A stretch of DNA of 64,000 bases from Candidatus Liptonbacteria bacterium (GTDB taxonomy: Bacteria; Patescibacteriota; Minisyncoccia; UBA6257; JACOXY01), in the NCBI GenBank assembly GCA_016182095.1, contig JACOXY010000014.1, positions 7,234-71,233 on the forward strand, in the 5' to 3' direction. Within the stretch, counting starts at the first letter, position 1, and each line of letters starts with the position of its first letter. The translations under genes and the position numbers were made by a program. Of the stretch, positions 55,972 through 64,000 are shown piece by piece. The notes beneath the pieces are model-generated. The model was given only the letters and a program-made list of their open reading frames with translations, was not told where the DNA came from and did not search any database.

Positions 55972-57060
55972 TCAAGAAATGCGTCCGGCTATGCCATATG
56001 CGAGCCCCAAAAGAAAAAAACTGGTTATTAAATTAGAACCGCCGTAGCTGAAAAAAGTGAGGGGCACGCCTATAACCGGCAAGAGTCCGATTGTTGAGCC
56101 GATATTAATAGCAAAGTGAAGACCGAAGACCGTGGCGGTCCCTAGTGAGACAAATTTGCTGAAATTATCTTCGGTTCTTAGGCCAATTTTTAGGATTATA
56201 AGAATTAAATACACAAAAATCAACATAAAAACAAGCGCGGCCGCGAGCCCCCATTCCTCAATAAAGGCGGCAAAAATAAAATCGGAGTATGATTCGGGCA
56301 AAAATCCCAGCTGAACTTGGGTGCCCTGGCCGTATCCCTTGCCAAAAAATCCAGCCGAGCCAATGGCGATTTTAGATTGGATAACGCTGAAATTTACCCC
56401 CAGGGGGTCAAGCTCGGGGTTAAAAAGCCCCATTATCCTATTTTTCTGGTAATCGGCTAAAAAATTATTCCAGGCGAGGAATCCAAAAAATGCGGCAATG
56501 AGTATAAAAAGGGCGAGGTGTTTTATCTTAAGGCCAGAGATCAGAAGAAAGCCAAGCCAGATTGAAGCCAGAATTATAGCTGAACCAAGATCGGGCTCCA
56601 AAATAACAAGCCCCGCCGGAATAATCATTAAAACTGCCGAGAGCAAAATAGTTCTCACACTCGCTATCTTCGCGTGATACTTGGAGAAAAAATAGGCAAG
56701 GATAATTATCAAACCAGCTTTGGCGAATTCCGATGTTTGAAATTGAAGGGGGCCGAGCACAAGCCACGCTCGACTGCCGCGAATTGTAGGAGCAAAAAAA
56801 TAAGTAGCTATTAAAAGCGCGACTGAAATGCAATAAATACCATATACAAACCATGGATAAGCCGCGTACGGACGCGTATCAAAATAATGAAAAAAAACAA
56901 TAACTCCAATACCCAAAATAATCCAAGCAACTTGTCCCATGAAAAAATTACCGGGAACGCTTGAAAGCGTCACAAGACTCAAAAAAAGAAGCAGAAGGGC
57001 CGGTATTAAAAGAGAGCGCTGGAGAGAAGTCACAGAAATAAATAAAAAATCAAAATGCAA
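55972..57060 (-). CDS. SEDS-family peptidoglycan glycosyltransferase (RodA/FtsW)
   Basis: 10-TM topology and conserved ...GYGQGTQVQLGFLPESYSDFIFAAFIEEWG... block. Confidence 0.85.
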   Translation of the reverse strand: MHFDFLFISVTSLQRSLLIPALLLLFLSLVTLSSVPGNFFMGQVAWIILGIGVIVFFHYFDTRPYAAYPWFVYGIYCISVALLIATYFFAPTIRGSRAWLVLGPLQFQTSEFAKAGLIIILAYFFSKYHAKIASVRTILLSAVLMIIPAGLVILEPDLGSAIILASIWLGFLLISGLKIKHLALFILIAAFFGFLAWNNFLADYQKNRIMGLFNPELDPLGVNFSVIQSKIAIGSAGFFGKGYGQGTQVQLGFLPESYSDFIFAAFIEEWGLAAALVFMLIFVYLILIILKIGLRTEDNFSKFVSLGTATVFGLHFAINIGSTIGLLPVIGVPLTFFSYGGSNLITSFFLLGLAYGIAGRIS

Positions 57061-57151
57061 AAATCAAAATTGATGAAGCTTGAAAAATTACTTTGCAATT
57101 TTTCAAGCAACCGGAATTTTTATTTTTGATATCTAATTTTTGATATTGCTT

Positions 57152-57916
57152 TTACTGTCTTACTGCCTCATAAAACAGCCGCGTCTTAGTTAAATCAACA
57201 TTCGGCGCGGCCGAGATCGGATATTCTATCTGAAAAAATCTTTCTTCAAACGCTTTGACGTCGCGGACTTGGGTCTTGGATACTCCCAGAAGCGTGCCGT
57301 TTATGCTATAAAACAAGGCTCCGATATCAACCTGCGTAAAAAGCAGTGTTTCCTCGTTTTTTATATTTCCACGGATAAAAATTTCACCGCTTTTTACATC
57401 ACTATTTACTTGTCTGAAAGTAAAGTTTGGTTTCCTGAATTTATTAACTGACTCCCAGACTGGATCCCCTAATGTGATTTTAGGCGAACCAATCACCACG
57501 CTCCCAGCGCCATCCAACTGCTTAACAATATATTTTTCCTTGTCACCGGGATAAATAAAAGTTTCGTCTTTAAAAGTTTTGATGATATTTCCGCTTGCGC
57601 CATAAACGTCAAGCTGGTAAGGCAGTTTTAGCGCGCCAAAGCGAGTATTTGGGTTTTCAAGTTTCACCAAAATAACGGGGTCCTGCGCCAAAAAAGAAGT
57701 CCGAAGAACAACCTCAATCGGCTTTAGGCTTTTTATTTCACAAGACATGCAAGAAGCGCCACCGCAGTCCACTCCCGCCTCATCTTGATTTTGCTTTCCG
57801 TCAAAGCAGGTCGGCTCCGGTTTCAAAATAAAATAGGGAGCATAAATTATCGCAAAAAAGAAAGTGGTGTAAAAAATGCCATAAAGAAATTGTTTGCCGA
57901 TGCGCCTTGGTTCCAT
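57152..57916 (-). CDS. hypothetical membrane-anchored protein (254 aa) with a Cys-rich segment
   Basis: N-terminal TM helix; CFDG...VDCGGASCMSCE. Confidence 0.5.
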   Translation of the reverse strand: MEPRRIGKQFLYGIFYTTFFFAIIYAPYFILKPEPTCFDGKQNQDEAGVDCGGASCMSCEIKSLKPIEVVLRTSFLAQDPVILVKLENPNTRFGALKLPYQLDVYGASGNIIKTFKDETFIYPGDKEKYIVKQLDGAGSVVIGSPKITLGDPVWESVNKFRKPNFTFRQVNSDVKSGEIFIRGNIKNEETLLFTQVDIGALFYSINGTLLGVSKTQVRDVKAFEERFFQIEYPISAAPNVDLTKTRLFYEAVRQ

Positions 57917-57955
57917 AAATTCATCATATAAAATCTTTTTTCTCTCGCGCTCTCC

Positions 57956-58091
57956 GCAATATATAAATTATCCTTGCTTCTCCTAAAAAATGAATAAGAA
58001 AATGCCGAACTCAACCTGGTTTTGCTAAAGCAAAACTGCGGGATTCAAACAGCGGCATTTTCTTATTTTTTACTCGAAGCTTCGGTAATTT
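57956..58091. repeat. left arm of an about 135-bp near-perfect inverted repeat; each arm is a nested palindrome resembling a bidirectional terminator
   Basis: reverse complement of 59503-59638 with about 2 mismatches; inner 15-bp stem AATAAGAAAATGCCG/CGGCATTTTCTTATT with flanking A- and T-runs. Confidence 0.85.
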
Positions 58092-59502
58092 ATATATCTT
58101 GCTACGCGATGCTTATTCAAAAAGATTTTATGCTCTTACATATATTAAGATAATAGCAGAAAAAATAAAATAGAAAAAGCCCCGCCAACTTGTGACGAGG
58201 CGGCCCCGCGCAGTTTATCAATGCCCGGGGTGGTGGCTGGGGGTGCCGTAGCACCTAGGGCCTGCCACCTCGGTCAGAGACTGGATCCTTGAAGCGCGTC
58301 CCCTTGTGGGGCCGCCTTCAAGTTGTGAGCCACTGGCTCACAAACAAGCGCGATCCAATCTCCTGGAAAATTTTAAGAACTCGCGGAGGGAGATGTCGGC
58401 CTATCCCGTGGCTCGGTTGCCGGCTGGTCGGGCCAGGCAGAACGGCAGCTTGCGCTGCGGCCTTGTTTCCGTCGTTGCCCAGCGCCCATTCCCCGACAGT
58501 TTACCGGACATCTCCTCCCGCGAAATCTGGGCTCGCAGCTTCGCACAATTGACAACTGACACTTAACAATTGACTTGTGCAGACAAGCGCAAATTTCGTG
58601 GGATAAGTTTATTTTATTTCCTGAGCCTGTCGAAGGAATACAATACTGTAGTGCTTCGACTACGCTCAGCAACTAAATTTTCACCCCCCCAAGTAAATGT
58701 TTTTCACTATCTGCCTTTCCTGAAATATCTTACTTGAATGAAACGATTGACTGAAAAACACTTACTTGGTACATTACAGCTACGCCCAGAACTTCGTCGG
58801 GCCCGCGCGCACGACATACGGTGCGTTAGCCGGCCACCTCTGGACGTAGGACTTGCGGCGACCTCGAGATCACCGCGCACCAATGAAAAGAACTTGCGAA
58901 GCTCGGAAGAACAACTTCCGTCGTCTTACGGTTCGGAAACCCCGAACGCTGCAGCGGTAACAGCTCCCACGGCCAGCGCCAAGCACCAGCATCCGAGCTC
59001 CCGGCGAATATTGGAGGTGTGCTGCCCGGACCAGCACACCCCCGCTGCTTTAGCCAATCTCCAGGAAGTGTCTCGGGCCTCCCAAGATTGGATTTCAACA
59101 TTATAGCATACTATCCAGAATAATGCAAGTAGTCAAAAAAACAGCGTGAAATAAGGGTTTTATAAGCAAGTGAGAAGCCCAACTTTGTGACATCCGATGT
59201 CCAGAAACAAAAGACATTAATATTCGGGACATCGGAAGTCAATGCAAAGTCCAACTTTGCGACATCCGATATCTAAAGATGTGGCTGCGGAAAGAAGCCC
59301 AACTTTGTGACTTCCGATGTCCAGAAACAAAAAACTTCAACCCTTCGACTTCGCTCAGGGCAGGCATTTAGGACTTCGGATGTAAGGGGTTATCCTACTA
59401 TATACTGCCCCACTTGGCGCCAAAAAGCCACACGAGGGGTAAGACCTAATATTTGGAAAATGGCGCAACATTTTTTTATGAGCATCACACAGCAATATCT
59501 AT
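58092..59502. other. about 1.4-kb GC-rich non-coding structured element of unknown class, bounded by the 135-bp inverted repeats
   Basis: no ORF longer than 122 codons despite high GC; overlapping short ORFs in all frames; many perfect local and long-range helices; three about 42-bp direct repeats at 59174-59335. Confidence 0.4.
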
Positions 59503-59638
59503 AAATTATCGAAGCTTCGAGTAAAAAATAAGAAAATGCCGCTGTCTGAATCCCGCAGTTTTGCTTTAGCAAAACCAGGTTGAGTTCGGCATTTTCTTAT
59601 TCATTTTTTAGGAGAAGCAAGGATAATTTATATATTGC
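59503..59638. repeat. right arm of the about 135-bp inverted repeat
   Basis: see the left arm. Confidence 0.85.
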
Positions 59639-59669
59639 AGGGGGCGCGAAGAAAAAAACGTTGTGCCAT

Positions 59670-61550
59670 TTATTCAACAGCCAACCCTAACGCCTTTTTT
59701 CTCCTCTCTTCATTCTCGTCCAAAACCCTTTTCCTTATACGCACATTTTTAGGAGTCACCTCCACCAACTCATCATCCCCGATGTATTCCAGCGCAGCTT
59801 CCAGATCCATGGTCCTTGGAGTATTAAAGTGTTCATCCAACCCTTGATTTTTTGAACGCATGTTGGAGAGTTCTTTTTCCTTGCAAACATTTAATCTGAT
59901 GTCTTCCTCGCGCGCATTCTCTCCCACTACCTGGCCCTTGTACACCTCCACTCCGGGACCAAAAAATAAAACTCCCCTGTCTTGAACATTTAGTAGTCCG
60001 TACATTTTAGTAACGCCCGTTTCATGCGCTACGAGTGAACCGCGCTCTTTATCTTTCCAATCTTTATAATCCTCCGCAAACTTATCAAAAAGAGAGTTCA
60101 TAATTCCCATGCCTTTGGTATCGGTTAAAAATTCACTTCTGTATCCGAAAAGCCCCCTCGTAGGAATAAAAAATTCTAAGAAAGTAGTGCCTAAAACAGA
60201 TTTGCTTTGCAAATCTGTTCGGCCGGACAATCCTTCAGATTGTCTTAGGCCATCCACTTTCATATTCTGCATAATTCCATGCCTTCCGCCTAATTTTTGA
60301 ATTACAACCCCGGAATAAATCTCCGGAACTTCTATAAAAACTTTTTCATATGGAGCCATAAGCTTTCCGTCAATTTCTTTTAAAATCACCTGCGGTCGCG
60401 AAACTTGAAACTCATATCCTTCCCTGCGCAACCGCTCAATTAAGATCGCGAGATGCAACTCGCCCCTCCCGGACACTATCCAACCACCTACACCATTTGC
60501 CTCATCTAACACCTGTAAAGCCATATCGGTTTCAAGCTCCCGAAATAATCGCTCGCGAATTTGGCGTGAAGTTGTAAACTGCCCCTCTCTCCCCGCAAAA
60601 GGAGAATCGTTGGCACTGAAGGTCATTTTTACCGTCGGCTCCTCTATATCCAAGAGCGGCAAAGCCACGGGATTATTTGCGTCCGCTATGGTTTCGCCAA
60701 TATTTATATCCGGGATTCCAGAAATTGCCACAATATCTCCAGCTAAAATTTCCTTCGCATCCACGCGGCCCAAACCTTCAAAAGTCATGACTGATGTAGG
60801 ACGGTATTTTTTTACTTCGCCACTTCTATTTATATGAGCCACCTCAACTCCGGCTTTGAGAATGCCATTATAAATTTTCCCGGTCGCGATTCTACCTTTA
60901 AAACTATCTCCCGATACGGTTGTAACCAAAATTTGAAGCGGTTTATTAACATCTCCTGTTGGCGCCGGCACGTGGGTTAAGATTGTTTCAAATAGTGGCG
61001 TCACATCTTGCATTTTAGAAACATCCGCTTCCAAGCCAGCCAAGCCCTGCTTTCCTACCGTATAAATAACTGGGAAATCCAAGAGCTCGCTGGGCGCGCC
61101 GAGCTCAACAAACAAATCAAATGTTTTATCAAGCGCAAATGGCGGCCGGGCATCCGGTTTATCAATTTTATTTATCACCACGATGATTTTAAGATTCATC
61201 GCGAGGGCTTTTTTCAAAACAAATCTGGTCTGCGGCATGGGACCCTCTTTGGCATCAACCAAAAGGAGAGCGGCATCCGCCATGTTTAAAACACGCTCCA
61301 CCTCTCCTCCGAAATCAGCGTGGCCCGGCGTATCAATTATGTTAATTTTTACACCACTCCATACCACGCTCGCGTTTTTACTAAAAATCGTAATACCACG
61401 CTCGCGTTCAAGTTCGTTGGAGTCCATGATAAGCCCCGCCGCTTCGGTTTCTTTTCCAATTTTAGTTTTTGATTGCCTTAAGAGCGCATCAACCAGTGTA
61501 GTTTTCCCATGGTCAACGTGCGCTATGATAGCGATGTTTCTGATGTTCAT
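59670..61550 (-). CDS. typA: translational GTPase TypA/BipA
   Basis: MNIRNIAIIAHVDHGKTTL..., G-domain motifs (DTPGHADF, NKID); EF-G-like domains; start at the conserved Met (the ORF-track N-terminal extension is leader). Confidence 0.9.
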   Translation of the reverse strand: MNIRNIAIIAHVDHGKTTLVDALLRQSKTKIGKETEAAGLIMDSNELERERGITIFSKNASVVWSGVKINIIDTPGHADFGGEVERVLNMADAALLLVDAKEGPMPQTRFVLKKALAMNLKIIVVINKIDKPDARPPFALDKTFDLFVELGAPSELLDFPVIYTVGKQGLAGLEADVSKMQDVTPLFETILTHVPAPTGDVNKPLQILVTTVSGDSFKGRIATGKIYNGILKAGVEVAHINRSGEVKKYRPTSVMTFEGLGRVDAKEILAGDIVAISGIPDINIGETIADANNPVALPLLDIEEPTVKMTFSANDSPFAGREGQFTTSRQIRERLFRELETDMALQVLDEANGVGGWIVSGRGELHLAILIERLRREGYEFQVSRPQVILKEIDGKLMAPYEKVFIEVPEIYSGVVIQKLGGRHGIMQNMKVDGLRQSEGLSGRTDLQSKSVLGTTFLEFFIPTRGLFGYRSEFLTDTKGMGIMNSLFDKFAEDYKDWKDKERGSLVAHETGVTKMYGLLNVQDRGVLFFGPGVEVYKGQVVGENAREEDIRLNVCKEKELSNMRSKNQGLDEHFNTPRTMDLEAALEYIGDDELVEVTPKNVRIRKRVLDENEERRKKALGLAVE

Positions 61551-61744
61551 AATTAAAACTATTTCCTGAACTTGTCGAAGGAATACAATATTGTAACCCT
61601 TCGATAAACTCGGGGTATAAAGTTTCTTCGCTCTGCTTAGCATTACCAACGCGAGCGAATGCGGATAATTCTATCACACTTAAAAGAGCTTGACAAGTAA
61701 TATATGACGTGTTAAACTTGGCACAGCAAGAAAGGAGGGTTCAG

Positions 61745-61984
61745 ATGGTTGAACTTATTTACCGCAAAAATAAGGAAGAAGAGACTATGCTGAAAAGTGA
61801 AGCATGGAAGATACAGGTGCGGCAGAATGAAATAATAATGCTAATTGATCTGACTATGACTAACTCACTACTTGCACTGCACGCAACCACAGCAGAGGAG
61901 CGGGAGGATAACATTGCAAGCATTAGAAAACTCCACACGGAGTTCACAGAGAATCAGAGAAAACTTCTCGCCCTTTCTGGCTGA
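61745..61984 (+). CDS. small hypothetical protein (about 79 aa)
   Basis: AAGGAGGG Shine-Dalgarno 7 nt upstream of the ATG at 61745. Confidence 0.45.
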   Translation: MVELIYRKNKEEETMLKSEAWKIQVRQNEIIMLIDLTMTNSLLALHATTAEEREDNIASIRKLHTEFTENQRKLLALSG

Positions 61985-62057
61985 TCCGGCCAAAAAAAAG
62001 AAGCGTTAAGTTCCCCAAGGCAACCCCGCAAAGGTTGCCTTTTTAGGGAGTGTGAGT

Positions 62058-63302
62058 CTAATGGGCAATTTTCACAACCCGAACTTTCTGAATCTGGTGG
62101 CCAGACACTTCTTCCACTTGAAATTTAAGCCCATTTAACTCAAAAGCTTCGCCAAGTTCCGGGGCGTGATTAAGTTTTTCCGTAAGAAATCCGTGTAATG
62201 TTTTCTTGGACTTGATCTCGGTATTGAAAAAATGGTTAATAGAGGCGATTTTTGTCTGGCCATGAGCAATAATCTCATCTTTGCTCACGCGCTTGATAAT
62301 CTCGGGCACAATATCTTTTTCGTCAATAATTTCTCCGACCAATTCCTCCAATACGTCTTCAAGGCCAACCACGCCCACAATATTGCCATACTCACTAACT
62401 ACAACCGCTAAATGCAAACGCTTCTCCTGAAAATCGTGTATGAGATCATCCGCAAGCCGGGTATCGGGAACAAAGAATGCCTCTTTGGCGTAACTCAAAA
62501 CTTTTTTATCAAACTCATCGCTCGCGAGGGCGCGCAAAAGATCTCTCTGGTGGACGATGCCCACGATATTATCTTTATTTCCCTGATACACTGGGAGGCG
62601 CGAATGCTTGGCGTTTTTAATAAATTCAGCGGCATCTTTTATGGTAACCCCGCCGTCCAAAAAAGTAACAAAGGGCCGCGGAGTCATCATGTCTCCGGCG
62701 GTAATGTCATTCAATTTAAATACGCGCTCAATCATGGCGGCTTCGCCGGCCCGGATCACGCCCTCTTTCACGCCCGCCTGGGTTAAGAGCGCGATTTCTT
62801 CTTCGGAGGTCGTAAATGGCGAGGCACCGCTCGTAAACGGCTTTGAAATAATTTCTAAAATTACGACCAGTGGAGAAATAAGAATAGTAAGCCAAGAAAG
62901 TGGAACCGCGGCTAACGGAAAAATAACAGGGCTCCAGCGCTCACCGATATTTTTAGGAAGAATCTCGGCAAGAGTAATCATAAAAAATGTCAGTATCGCC
63001 GAAAAAATCCCGATGCCTAAATCAGAAAAAAGCTCCGCGGCAAGCGTTCCCATGAAAATACTCCCCACAGTACTTATAGTCGAAGAAAGCACCACAAGCG
63101 TCGCGATGGTTTTTAACGGCTTTTCGCGCAATTCCAATGCCTTTCGCACCCCAAATTTACCTTGCGCAACATAGACACGCGCCTTAGAAATGGGGTAAGA
63201 AAATAGCGCCGCCTCAATCAAAGAAAGCGTCCCGCCTATTGTTATTAATCCTAAAGCCAAAATGACTAAAGCTGCCATACCCGGTATATCAACTTTCAGC
63301 AT
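62058..63302 (-). CDS. CNNM/CorC-HlyC family transporter (DUF21 TM domain, tandem CBS, CorC_HlyC C-terminal domain)
   Basis: four N-terminal TM helices, CBS pair, C-terminal transporter-associated domain. Confidence 0.8.
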   Translation of the reverse strand: MLKVDIPGMAALVILALGLITIGGTLSLIEAALFSYPISKARVYVAQGKFGVRKALELREKPLKTIATLVVLSSTISTVGSIFMGTLAAELFSDLGIGIFSAILTFFMITLAEILPKNIGERWSPVIFPLAAVPLSWLTILISPLVVILEIISKPFTSGASPFTTSEEEIALLTQAGVKEGVIRAGEAAMIERVFKLNDITAGDMMTPRPFVTFLDGGVTIKDAAEFIKNAKHSRLPVYQGNKDNIVGIVHQRDLLRALASDEFDKKVLSYAKEAFFVPDTRLADDLIHDFQEKRLHLAVVVSEYGNIVGVVGLEDVLEELVGEIIDEKDIVPEIIKRVSKDEIIAHGQTKIASINHFFNTEIKSKKTLHGFLTEKLNHAPELGEAFELNGLKFQVEEVSGHQIQKVRVVKIAH

Positions 63303-64000
63303 GATTTATTTTTGCAAAATAAATCATTAAATCTGGTGGTTGATAATATTTATGATAATTTAATTTATTTTAAACTTTTTCGCATTTTGCCAAAAAACTG
63401 AAAGTTGTATTACTGGGCATAGTTTTAGCATACGGAAATTATGGGAAAATAACAAAGCTACGCACCAGAACAAGTTCGGTGCGTTACTTCACTTCGTTTA
63501 GCTTTCTCTCACAAATTAAAAAAGTTTGTTCTACTTTATCAAGTTCTTCGGAACTGAAGGCGCTACGGTGCCGGCCCCTAACCCACTGCGGTTGGGGGTT
63601 TTTTATTTTAAACAAAAATCCGCCTCTCGGCGAAATTTTTCTGCTCTTCTTTGTGCTGGCGTACCCTACTTTCCCAGTGATAGTATCATCAGGCTTAGAC
63701 GCTTTCACTTCTCTGTTCGGAATGGGAAGAGGTGGTGCACATCCAAGTAAAACACCAGCACAAAAAAGACCAGATTAAATTTTAATATAGAAATTAGCAG
63801 ATATATGCCTTCCTTAGGAAGGGCACAGTCAGCATTGGGATGGTCGGCACCCATTAGTACCCTTTGGCTCGGCACTCTCTACACAAATATCGCGAAACAT
63901 TGGAAGCTCAAAATTATGCCGGAGCTCGCGGCGCGACGACGAAAGTGTACTCGAAGAGTACATTGAGGAGGAGCAACAAAGAGATCATCTAATTTTGAGT

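Noticed and set aside
59170-59340. Possible CRISPR array (repeated about 42-bp units containing a GACATC/GATGTC hairpin)
   Set aside because: Only three copies exist and one is degenerate. Spacing is irregular and no unique spacers of uniform length lie between them. No cas genes occur anywhere in the window.
58092-59502. IS element or transposon with a transposase, a group II intron, or an rRNA fragment as identity of the GC-rich element
   Set aside because: No ORF exceeds 122 codons and none resembles a transposase, reverse transcriptase or maturase. No domain V-like GAGC...GUACGG...GUUC motif and no conserved 16S or 23S signature strings were found by eye.

Overview
This is a low-GC window with small proteins and many lineage-specific hypotheticals, consistent with a reduced-genome bacterium of the Patescibacteria/CPR type (inference). 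About 80% is coding, mostly on the minus strand.

Housekeeping backbone: a hypothetical P-loop protein, tmk, rplK, nusG, secE and gyrB (carrying a 434-aa Hint intein with an HNH nuclease domain); a PAS histidine kinase with a receiver-only response regulator; a fused E1 alpha/beta 2-oxoacid dehydrogenase with its E2 lipoyl acyltransferase and lipB; htrA, relA/spoT, parB-parA, rpsR-ssb-rpsF, rpoC-rpoB, mltG (frameshifted), rodA/ftsW and typA/bipA. Seven tRNAs are present: Ser-TGA, Ala-GGC, Arg-CCT, Ser-CGA and Leu-CAA, plus two partial tRNA 3' duplicates.

Accessory content:
- A tightly packed restriction-modification locus. Its first methyltransferase is fused to a complete LexA repressor (DNA-binding domain plus self-cleaving S24 peptidase) and sits behind a 17-bp inverted-repeat operator. 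The nuclease is a single chain with two tandem PD-(D/E)XK domains, and there is a second beta-class methyltransferase.
- A second restriction-modification cassette (XRE HTH controller, methyltransferase, PD-(D/E)XK nuclease, ImmA/IrrE metalloprotease, small membrane protein). It is bounded by about 113-bp near-perfect inverted repeats and abuts tRNA-Ala.
- Both restriction systems are wired to DNA-damage-type repressor-cleavage modules.
- Three GC-rich foreign islands: a pdxK-like kinase flanked by paralogous gene fragments; a small gene between tRNA-Leu and a copy of its 3' end; and a roughly 1.4-kb non-coding, highly structured GC-rich element flanked by about 135-bp inverted repeats.
- A 270-nt GC-rich structured ncRNA candidate closed by an 18-bp terminal helix.
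- Two families of long-range perfect inverted repeats with compensatory covariation sit at gene 5' ends: TCCCTCACTC... at rplK, the response regulator and parA (the last enclosing a GIY-YIG nuclease gene); CCCCGCYCTCTA... with a conserved leader at gyrB, parB and rpsR.
- The rpoC 5' end is anomalous: a G4-like G-rich repeat and an in-frame TAG-TAA precede the conserved beta-prime N-terminus.
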